A stretch of 20,000 nt of DNA from Rhizaria sp. SCN 62-66. Taxonomy: Eukaryota. The stretch's first letter is position 1. Each line of letters begins with the position of its first letter. Shown piece by piece: positions 1-8,750 of this stretch. The DNA lies in NCBI GenBank assembly GCA_001724265.1, contig MEDY01000100.1, forward strand, positions 58,013-78,012, written 5' to 3'. Under the pieces are notes generated by a model, which saw only the letters and a list, made by a program, of their open reading frames with translations, was not told where the DNA came from and searched no databases. A program made the position numbers and the translations under genes.

Positions 1-2684
1 AGCACCGGGTCCTGCAGGTACCCGATCGCCGTCGTCGTGTCGGCGCACATCTGCCGCGCCTCGCGCAGCGCGCGCCGGCACTGCGACTTGACGGCAAGCA
101 CCTCGACGTGCTTAGCCTGCAGGCGCTCGGCCATGGCGCGGACCTCTTCCTGCAGGATGCCGTTATGCGCGTGGAAGGCCTCGAGACGCGAGTCGAGCCG
201 GTCGACTGTGTCGCGCAGGTCCGCAATCTCCGCCTCGCGCGGCTCGATGCGCCGCTTCAGTTCCTTGATCTGGAAGTCGAGCACAAACTTGTACTTTTCC
301 AGGCCCTGGTTCCCGCGCTTGACCTCGAAGATCTGCCGCTCTTTCTCCGAGATGACGGCGTCGCGCGCGCTGATGGCCTGCCGCTGCTCCTCCAGCTTGG
401 CCTTGAGCGAGTACGTGTGCTCCAACAGCTCCTCCTCCTGCGTCTGCAGCGCGAGCTTCGCCTCGCCCAGGTCCTCCAGATCGCGCTGGAGCGCCTTGAA
501 CTTCTTCTGGATGATGCCGTTCTCGCCCTTAAGCCGCAGCGTGACGTCGCGCTCTTGCTCCAGTCGCCCGCGGTAGCGCTGCAGCAGCAACTCGATCTCC
601 GTGTCCAGGTCTTCCTCGGTCTGCGTGCGGTCCTCGGCGAACTTGCGCGCGAGGTCCGACTGCGCCTCGCGCACGCGGCCACCCTCGCCGCGCTCGCTCT
701 GCAGCTCCGCCTCGCGCCGCGCGCGCAGCGCAGCCATGTTGGCCGCGTGCTGCTCGTCGCGCTGCCGCGCCGCCAGCTCCCGCGCGGCGCGCGCGCGGTC
801 GAGTCCCTCCTGGAGGCCCTGCAGGCGCGTGACCTGGCGCATGAAGGCCTTCTGGTACTGCACGGCCTGTGCGTGCAGCTCGGCATTGTGGCGCTGCTGC
901 AGCGCGAAGACCTTCTCCTGCGCCTCGGTGTCGGCCTCCTGCTTCTCGTCGCGCCGCATCTGCACCTTGGCACGGTCGTGCTCGAGCCGCAGCACGTATT
1001 CGTGCGTCAGCCGCTTGAGCGCGTCCTGGTGTGCCACGTCCTTGGCGCGCAACGTGTACTCTTTGTTGTCACGCAGCTCCTCCAGCTTCGCCTCAAGCTC
1101 ATGCGCGAGCGCGTTCTGGTCCTCGAGGTCCTGCAGGTGCACCAGGACTTCCTCCGAGTACTGGAGCGCGTCTGGGTCGTCGCGGCGCGCGAGACGGCCG
1201 CGCTCCTCCTCGATCGCCAGCACCGACACGCAGCCGTCGTCCGAGGCGGCGACGAGGTAGCAGTCGTCCGCCGTGATGCGCAGCCGCGAAACGGCGCGCG
1301 CGTGACACTGGTAGTCCTTGACGTCGCCGGTGAGCGGGAAGCGGAAGGCGCGGATGACGCCGTTGACGGTGCCCGCAAAGAGCATGCGTTCGGGCGCGTG
1401 GCCGACGACGAGCTGCGTAAGCACGACGCCCGCGTCTAGCGACTTGAGCACGCCGCGGCCCGCGATCTCCTTGAGGATGTGGTCGTCGCCGACGGCGAAG
1501 AGCTTGCCGTCCTGAGTCGCTACGGCCGCCGTGAAGCGGCAGCCCTTCTGGATGTACTCCTGCGCGCGCGCCGAGAGCTCGAGCCGGCGCTCAAAGACGG
1601 CGCCGTCCGCGCCCGCGGTGACGATGGCGGCGTCGTCGCGCGCCCAGAAGATGGAGCGCACGGCGCTGGTGTGGCCGCGAAACGAGTGCAGCGGCTCGCA
1701 CGTGTAGGTCGCGAACACGTGCACAGAGCCACCCTGCGCCGCCGCGAACAGGTGCCCGCCGTTGCTGAACAGACACTCAGTGCAGTGCTTGATGGGGAGC
1801 TCTTTGAACGGAGAAATGGAGGAATAGAGCAGCGCGCAGAGCTTGAGCCGGTCCGCGAAGCCGATGAGGATGTAGTGGCCCGACGGGTGCAGCGCCACAG
1901 ACAGCGGTGGCTCGGGGAACTTGACGCACAGATCGAGTTCGCGCGTGAGAAAGTTCCACACGCGCACGGTGTGGTCGGCTGAGCACGTCGCGATCAGCGG
2001 CTTGCGGGCGCACACGTCGAGCCCCGTGATGGGCGCAGAGTGGAACGACGACGACAGAGGCACCAGCTTTGCCACGGGCAGCGCCGCGTTGCCGGAGCCG
2101 GCGCCAGCGCCACTGCTGCTGCTGCTGCTGCTGCTGGCGACAGCTGTGGAGGCGGCGGAGTCGCTGGCCTCGGGATTATTGGAGTCCGAGGCGGCGGCGG
2201 CGGCGGGGTGGGAGGCTGAGTCCGTCGCGTTGCCGCTGCTGGCGCTGGAGCCGTCCTCGGGGTTACTGGCGGGCGCAGGGCCCGCGGCCACACCAACGCT
2301 TGCACCGGTGCCCCCGCTGACTGCGGGCGCGGCGACCGCGACGGACTCGGGCCCGAAGCGGCTGACCTTGTAGATCTGCGCGGCCGAGGTGGTCACGACC
2401 ACGGTCTCGTCGGCCGCGTTGGCGGCGATGCAGCGGATGCGTTCAGCCGAGGTCGCGCTGTCGAGCGCGTCGAGCGCGGCCTCGTGCACGCACGTGAGGC
2501 GCCCACTGCGGTTGCTGCCGTTGCTGGCCACGCCCGCGGCGGGAGCGAAGAGCGCCAGACGGCCCAGCGGCGACGCCGCAACGAAGCCCGTCGGGTAGGT
2601 GGCCAGCGCCGCGATGGGCTGGCCCGCCATCGCGGGCGGCATCGTCAGCACGGAGCGGAACACGCAGTCGTCGACCACGATCAC
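1..2684 (-). CDS. CFAP57: CFAP57/WDR65 exon 3 (further WD40 repeats plus long coiled coil), truncated by the window edge
   Basis: Manually translated open frame: HSAPITGLDVCARKPLIATCSADHTVRVWNF, SVALHPSGHYILIGFADRLK, FSNGGHLFAAA, RGHTSAVRSIFW, EEVLV, LKGENGIIQKKF, EKERQIFEVKRGNQGLEKYKFVLDFQIKELKRRIEPRE, IGYLQDP, all characteristic of CFAP57/FAP57. No stop before position 1, which probably explains its absence from the ORF track. Confidence 0.95.
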   Translation of the reverse strand, partial: MIVVDDCVFRSVLTMPPAMAGQPIAALATYPTGFVAASPLGRLALFAPAAGVASNGSNRSGRLTCVHEAALDALDSATSAERIRCIAANAADETVVVTTSAAQIYKVSRFGPESVAVAAPAVSGGTGASVGVAAGPAPASNPEDGSSASSGNATDSASHPAAAAASDSNNPEASDSAASTAVASSSSSSSSGAGAGSGNAALPVAKLVPLSSSFHSAPITGLDVCARKPLIATCSADHTVRVWNFLTRELDLCVKFPEPPLSVALHPSGHYILIGFADRLKLCALLYSSISPFKELPIKHCTECLFSNGGHLFAAAQGGSVHVFATYTCEPLHSFRGHTSAVRSIFWARDDAAIVTAGADGAVFERRLELSARAQEYIQKGCRFTAAVATQDGKLFAVGDDHILKEIAGRGVLKSLDAGVVLTQLVVGHAPERMLFAGTVNGVIRAFRFPLTGDVKDYQCHARAVSRLRITADDCYLVAASDDGCVSVLAIEEERGRLARRDDPDALQYSEEVLVHLQDLEDQNALAHELEAKLEELRDNKEYTLRAKDVAHQDALKRLTHEYVLRLEHDRAKVQMRRDEKQEADTEAQEKVFALQQRHNAELHAQAVQYQKAFMRQVTRLQGLQEGLDRARAARELAARQRDEQHAANMAALRARREAELQSERGEGGRVREAQSDLARKFAEDRTQTEEDLDTEIELLLQRYRGRLEQERDVTLRLKGENGIIQKKFKALQRDLEDLGEAKLALQTQEEELLEHTYSLKAKLEEQRQAISARDAVISEKERQIFEVKRGNQGLEKYKFVLDFQIKELKRRIEPREAEIADLRDTVDRLDSRLEAFHAHNGILQEEVRAMAERLQAKHVEVLAVKSQCRRALREARQMCADTTTAIGYLQDPV
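2113..2136. repeat. (CTG)8 microsatellite, poly-Ser in the CFAP57 frame
   Basis: ctgctgctgctgctgctgctgctg read directly. Confidence 0.9.
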
Positions 2685-2838
2685 CTGAACACGAGTAAAC
2701 CGATTAGAATTGAAGGGGGGCGTAAATGAGTATGTGCCATTACAAAATTGAAATTTCAAATATTAAATCTCGTTGTAAATTATTACTGATTAAAGTTAAC
2801 AATAAATGTTTCGATTTGGTGAAGCTATATAGCCGTAC
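2685..2838 (-). other. Spliceosomal intron 2 of CFAP57 (154 nt, phase 0)
   Basis: GTACGG...TTCTAAT (branch-like)...GTGTTCAG on the minus strand; strongly AT-rich against GC-rich flanks; contains an in-frame stop. Confidence 0.92.
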
Positions 2839-3490
2839 CTGTCCGCGGTTTGTGCCGACGAGCGTGCGCTTGCCGTCACCCCAGGCGTGGCACGTGTAGT
2901 CGTCCTGCGGCGCGCCGGCCAGGGACGCCAGCACAGGGCGCAGGTGCGTGGCGCCGGGGTCGGCCTCGTAGTAGAGCAGCGCGCGCGGGCCGGAGAGGCA
3001 CAGCAGCGTGGGGTCCGCGGGGCAGAAGGAGCAGGCGGTGAGCGAGTCGCGCACGTCGACGCGCTCCAGGTGCACTGGCCGCGCCTTGTGCCAGAGCCAG
3101 TTGATCAGCGGCGTGTCGGGGCCAGAGCCCAGCGAGAGAAGGTACTTGGAGTCGGGCGAGAAGCACAGTGACACGTACTCGGTGCAGCGCAGCTCAGTCG
3201 TGACCAGGACCTTGCGTTTCTTAAGGGTCCGCAGGTCGTAGACGGAGATAGTCGCGAACTCGCGCGCACGCTCGGCGATTGCGCAAAAGCGGCGGTTCGG
3301 AGATACAGCGAGCGCGGTAATCTCGGCCTTCTCAAAGCGCGGGTCGTTGACGTCGGAGCCGAAGAGAAAGCGCTGCGTCTTGGTCTGCGGGTTGAAGAGT
3401 ACGACTGTGTGGCCGGCGGGGTAGATGATGCTGTCATCCTCGCCGAAGTGGATGTTATTCTTCACGTCAGCCTTAAGCCCAAAGATATGC
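2839..3490 (-). CDS. CFAP57: CFAP57/WDR65 exon 2, N-terminal WD40 repeats
   Basis: Translation IIYPAGHTVVLFN..., ITALAVSPNRRFCAIAE..., KKRKVL..., SLCFSPDSKYLLS..., LINWLWHK matches recalled CFAP57 motifs (ALSISPNRRYLAISE, MAFSPDSKYLL, LVYWLWEK). Ends at CAG|GTACGG. Confidence 0.93.
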
Positions 3491-3662
3491 CTACGCAACA
3501 GATTCAAGCAAGGTAGAACGGGCCGATATGGAGTGATTCAAAAAATAGTATTGGGTGAGAGAAGTGTGCGGGCAGGCACAGCGAAACGAGGATTGGGCCA
3601 CAGCTTGAGCGCAGACCAGGACCTGAAGGAGTGTGTGAGGGCATAGCTGGATTATGGCGTAC
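3491..3662 (-). other. Spliceosomal intron 1 of CFAP57 (172 nt, phase 2)
   Basis: GTACGC...TTGCGTAG on the minus strand; pyrimidine-rich; removal restores the reading frame. Confidence 0.85.
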
Positions 3663-3691
3663 CTATGGGTTAGGACTGGTGTGGAGTCCAT
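3663..3691 (-). CDS. CFAP57: CFAP57/WDR65 exon 1 (MDSTPVLTH + AG of an Arg codon)
   Basis: ATG at 3691-3689, followed after 29 nt by donor AG|GTACGC. Splicing to 3490 gives MDSTPVLTHRHIFGLKADVKNNIHF, which resembles the CFAP57 N-terminus (HxFGL..V.NNI). Confidence 0.85.
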
Positions 3692-4574
3692 CGTAAGTGG
3701 ACTGTCAAGGTGGTGAATGAAGGATTAAGTGGTGTGGAGCGGGGCAAAGATGAGGAAAGAGTGACAGAGTAAGGTGAGGCAAACGGACGGGAAACAGACA
3801 GCTGTTTGACCGGAAGACGTGCGAATTGAGGGCCCTAAAAAGACGTATAAACAAATCACACAGCAAAGACATAAGAAATCATATCCAGTATTTAACTGCA
3901 CGAGCACAACATCCCTAAGTTCGTATTTCTTTTCACCCCTGCAGTAACCGACTGCAGTCAACTTTTTCGCGAACTTGCTATAGTCGTTGGACTTCAACAG
4001 TCACAGCCGGCTGGTCGTTTTGTGACGGAGAGAGAATCGACCGGTGAGAGGGGGAGGCCGCCACGGCGTCCACTTACGCGAGTGGGGTGCTGTACGATAA
4101 CTGCTCGCGGTTAATTCGAAATGTTGAATTAATCAAGTGGCACTTGACAATTTCTTGCGAATTCTTTTTTTAATTCTTGAAAAAAGGTATCATCTAGGTC
4201 GTGACAAGTCATTCGCGTAGCAGACCCTTGATGTTTGCACCGCTCCGATCAGTACCTTGCCACCCTTTTGTCTGGCGTCAGCTTACGCCACAAGCTTTTT
4301 ATATCTCCACTTTCTGTCGATTCCGTCTCTTCTTCAACTCATCCCCCCTGTGCGCACTTCTGTTCACCCTGCTTTTGACCTGTTTTGAACAGACCTGCGT
4401 GGACCTCTCCGGCCCCCACCGACAGACCTCCCTCAGCCCCTCGCACCGCGTCGCTGCCGCCGTGCGCTACCATTGTATCAGCTCTTTGACAAGACCTCTC
4501 GCAGTGTCTTGTCCCTAAATCCACCCCCGTTGAAGTTTGTTTCGCGGGCGGTCCCTTTTTGTCTACACATCAGC
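3692..4574. promoter_or_regulatory. Head-to-head intergenic region: probable bidirectional promoter plus 5'UTRs
   Basis: 883 bp between divergent ATGs. Purine-rich on the plus strand near CFAP57 and pyrimidine-rich near gene 2, with an AT-rich core near 4110-4190. No transcription start site can be placed. Confidence 0.55.
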
Positions 4575-7500
4575 ATGCCACCTGCATCTGCTGCCCCTTC
4601 GTCGTCTTCCTCCTCCGGAGCCACCGTTGTTCCTGAGATGACTGCGACCGCTGCGCCGGTGCGCGCAAGCACGCGCTCATCCCCCGTAGCCGCGGCTGCA
4701 GCCGCCACCCTTGCTCCGGCTGCCGCCCTCGCGACGGCTGCCGGGGGGGCAGGCTCGACGAATGCGGCCGTGGCGGCCGCCAACGCGCGCCCGCGCCGCA
4801 AGCGCAACGCCCCCGGCTCCCCGCTCGCCTCCGCCTCTTCCGCGCCCGGTGCCAGCGCCCTCCCGGCCACCCCCGCTGCCGCCGCTGCTGCTGCTGCTGC
4901 TGGTGTCCCTAGCGCTACCGCTGCCAACGCCACTACTAGCGGGGGCTTCGTTGTCCCCTCAGCCGCGTTGGTGACCCCGGTGGCGAGCCGCCGTCGTCGC
5001 GCCACGGGCTCCGCCGTCGCCTCGGCCTCGGCCGCCGCGCCCGGCTCCGCCACGGTCGTCGGCGGGGCTGCTCCGTCAAGCGCCAACGCTGCTGGTGAGG
5101 CCGGGCTCGATACGACGCCGCCCGGCGCTGGCAGTGCCTCCGCGGCCGCTGCGCCCGGGGCCCCTGTCGCCCCCGTGGCCGGCGTCGTGGTGGTGGGCCC
5201 CGAGCTGCCCCCCACGCCCGTGAGTATTCTCGCGCAGTCGCGCTACGTCCCCGCCACATCGTCCTCGTCCTCCTCGTCCGTGCCGTCTCACAGTCACGGG
5301 CACGGCCACGGCCACGCTGCGTCGGGCCTCTCAGTCGTCGTCAACGGCGTCGGCGCCGCCCGCTCCGGCCCCAACGGCAACGGCTACAGCGTCTATGGCC
5401 ACGGCCACGGTCACGCGCATGGCGGAAACAGCGCGGTGGCGTCCCCGGGCCACAGCCCGCTGTTGATGCCCGCGCCGCTGCCCGTCCGCGGCAACAGCCA
5501 CGGTGGCCACGCCGCGGCCTCGGCTGCCGCGGCCGCCGGCGCCGCCCACGGTCACTCTGCCACGGGCGCTGGCCACGGCACCAACAGCCAGGGCGACACC
5601 CCGAGCCATCACCACGGCGGCGGCGGCGGCGGCAACGCGGGCATGCGTGTGTCGGGCCACACGCTGACCGTGAACGGGGCCGGCAGCGGCGCCACGGCGG
5701 GCTCGATGGGGCCGGCCACGACCTTCTTCGGCGCCTCGGCCGCGCCCGCGTACGGCATCGCCGCGCACCTGCAGCCCCTGCACAACAGCAACAACAGCAA
5801 CCACGGCGGCACTCACGGTCCCAGCCATCAATACGGTCACGGTCACGGCCAGCAGCACGGCACTGGTGCGAACGCGGCGGCGCACGGCTACAGCGGTCAC
5901 GGCAACAGTGGCTTCGCCAGCGCGAGTAGCGGCGGCGCGAGCGCGGTGGCGCTGCAGACGGTGCTGTCACACACGCAGTCCGGGCACGGCACGCTCGGCA
6001 GCACGCCGACGCACGCCGCGAACGCCACTAACGCCGCCTCCACGCCCCACGGCAACGGCAACAACAACAATAACAACCACAACAACAACAACTCGAACAA
6101 CGGTGCTTATAGTCACGGCCACGGGCAGAGTCAGAGTCAGGGCCAGAGCTCCGCGGGCGCGCCGCTGTTGCCGCAGTCCCTGTCTAACCCGCTGCCGCAG
6201 ACGCAGGTGCTCGTGATCGTCGGCTCCCGCTCGCGCGCGTCGTGCGACTACTGGGTGGGCGCGCAGCACGCGCTGTCCCCCGCGGCCTGGGCGCTGCTCT
6301 CGGTGCTCCACGGCCCCCACACCAACGGCGAGAGCATGCTGCCCGACCTGGCGCAGATGCTGCTGCGCGAGTTCGTGAAGCGCGACAACGTCTCGCCCTC
6401 GGCCGCCATCCCTACGGCCGGCTACGAGCGCTACCTGCGCGCGCTGTGCCCCTCGGCCGCGACCTCGGCCTCGCTGACCAGCAGCAGCAGCAGCAGTGCA
6501 AACGCGAATGCGGGTGCGCAGACGCCCTCGCTGTCGGGCCGCCACGCGCACAGCGCGGCCGCCTCCAGCCACGGCAACAGCGCGGCGACGGGCCCCGCTG
6601 TCGTCACGGGCGCCGGCGTTGGCGGGCTGGCCTCGCTGGCGTCACTGTCTGCCAACAGCAACGGCAACAACGCCGCCAACGCCGCGGTGATGGCTGCGAC
6701 GCCCATCAGCAACGCCAACAGCAACGCCAACAGCAGCGCCAACAGCAACGCCGCGAGCGCGGTGAACAGCAGCACCGGCACCGGCGGCGGCGGCGGCGGC
6801 AGCCGCGTGTCGCCGCCGCTGAGCATGCTGTCGCTGCGCTCGTACCGCGACAAAGCCGCCGCCGCCGCCAACAGCAGCAACAGCAACAGCTCGAACGGCA
6901 ACAACGCTGGCAATGGCAGCGTCCGGCTGAGCGGGATCAGCCTGGGCGTCATTGGCGGCTCCGTCACTCCCGGCTCAAGCCCCAACCCCACGCCCTCGCC
7001 CGGCACCGGCACCGGCACCGGCACCGGCACGCCCGGTCTAAGCACGTCCGGCGGCGCCAGCGCCAACGGCGTCAGCGTCAGCGGCTTTCTCCCGGTGCCC
7101 ACTGCGTCCAGAACCCTCTCCGTGACCGGCACCAGTCCCTCAGCTGCCGCTGCCGCTGCCACAGCCACTCCCACTACGACTGCGGGGGCCGCTGCGGCCG
7201 CGGCCGCGGGCGGCATTAAAACGGAGCTGATCAAGTGCGAGGCCGTGTCGGTCAAGACCGAGACCGGTGCCGAGTGCAAGAGCGTCGGCAACGACTCCTC
7301 CGACGCGCAGTCCGGTGCCGCGGGCGACGCCCCTTGCGTCAAGAGCGAAGATGGCCCTCTCAACGCCACCGCGACTGCGGACCAGCGCGGGGTGGACGCA
7401 GTGGCGACGACGGTCAGCGCCGGTGCCGGCGGCGGCAACGACGCGGGTGGTGACGACGACGACGAGGAAGAGCTTGCACTGCCGCAGCCGCACCCGCAGT

Positions 7501-8332
7501 TCCTCGAGTCGACCGACGCGGACTCGAACAACACGCACAGCAACACGCACAGCAACACGCACACCAACAACAACTCGACGACCAACAGCGGCGCGCTCAC
7601 GGCCACGGCCACCACGCCAGCCGCCGGGGCCTCCGTCGCTGCGGCCGCGTCGGTGCTGGCCCCCGCGGCGCCCACGCCCGCGTCCTCGCTCACGGCGCTG
7701 CCGCTGCCAATGACGATGAGCGACGACGGCTCCGGCGACGTCGACGGCAGCAACAACAGCTGCAACAGCAACAGCAGCAGCGGTGACGCTGCGGCTCGAA
7801 ACGGGGTTGCGAGTGTTTGCGCTGTTGATGAGGACGCGATCGCCGATACCTGCGCTGAGGGCAACGATGGCAGCCACGGCCAAAGCCAGGGCCATGAGGA
7901 CGAGACCGAGTCTAAGGCGAGCGACGCGGCCACGATCGTGCTGGCGATGACCGACGACGACAGCAGCACAGACAGCAACACCCACGTCGACTCAGGCAAC
8001 GGCAACGGCAACGGCAAGAAGGCCGTCGTGTCTGCGAGCTCGAGCTCGGCCAGCAGCGTTGCCTCGGCCGCGGGCAGCGCTAACAGCGCCGGCCTCGGGT
8101 CCCCGCCGTCGCCCGTGCGCAGCAACAGCAACTCCAGCGCGGCCACGAGCGCGAGCGCCAACTCCACGAGCTCCACCGCCAACAGCGCCGCCAACAGCGT
8201 GGCGGCGAGCCGCGGCACGTCGACCGCGCCCTCGCCGGCCCGCTCGCGCGCCAGCACCGGCTCCGGCACCGGCTCCGCCGCCCACGGCGCCGCCGGTGCG
8301 CCTGCACTGCCGTCTCTGCTCACCCCCAACGG

Positions 8333-8370
<38 letters not shown>

Positions 8371-8750
8371 CGGGCGCTGCTGCGAACGCGGCCGGGATCT
8401 CAATCACGGTCACCACCGCCGCGGGCAACGGCGCGGCCGCGGTCGCAGTCGGCGGCCCCGGTCTCGGCCTCGGACTGGGGCTCGGCGGCGCCCGCGGCGG
8501 CGTCGCTGGCGTGCCCTACGGCAGCTACAGCCGCAGCGGCAGCCGCAGCGGCAGCCCCGCGCTGTCGACGCGGTCCGTGGCGCCCACCTCCCCGCTGCTC
8601 TCGGCCGGCGGCAGCGGCAACGGGTACGGCTACGGTACCAGCACCAGCAACGCGTACGGCAGCAGCGGCGCGACCGGGCTCGGGTACAAGTTCAACCCGG
8701 CGTCGGTGCAGGCCTACGTTTCCGCCGTCTTCACGATCTTCTTCCCCTGA
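4575..8750 (+). CDS. Hypothetical 1391-aa low-complexity (Ala/Ser/Gly/Asn/His-rich) protein, probably nuclear
   Basis: Uninterrupted frame with G/C-ending codon bias. First ATG at 4575 coincides with the switch to coding composition; TGA at 8748-8750 is followed by T/G-rich UTR-like sequence. RPRRKR and psi-K-x-E motifs present. No recognised domain. Confidence 0.8.
7002..7031 (+). repeat. (GGCACC)x5 hexamer repeat (last copy GGCACG) encoding (Gly-Thr)5
   Basis: Direct reading. Confidence 0.9.
8334..8369 (+). repeat. (GGCAAC)x6 hexamer repeat encoding (Gly-Asn)6
   Basis: Direct reading; shorter arrays of the same unit occur elsewhere, e.g. near 7995-8015. Confidence 0.9.

Noticed and set aside
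108..1439. 443-aa plus-strand ORF (and 37..576, 601..1260, 1479..1982, 1921..2373)
   Set aside because: Antisense shadows of CFAP57 exon 3; GC-rich codon bias suppresses stop codons on the opposite strand.
2740..2838. C-terminal tail of ORF 2740..3507 suggesting a short stand-alone WD protein
   Set aside because: Intron read-through; CFAP57 similarity resumes at 2684.
3692..4078. MITE bounded by the 11-bp inverted repeat
   Set aside because: No target-site duplication and no second copy in the window; kept only as a possible regulatory feature.
4473..4574. N-terminal extension of gene 2 given in the ORF track
   Set aside because: Starts at TTG in pyrimidine-rich sequence ending in an acceptor-like CAG; the first ATG is at 4575.
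6431..8428. 665-aa minus-strand ORF and the many other antisense or alternate-frame ORFs over 4478-19460
   Set aside because: Mirror translations of low-complexity GC-rich coding sequence (poly-Leu/Ala/Arg); no independent coding signal.
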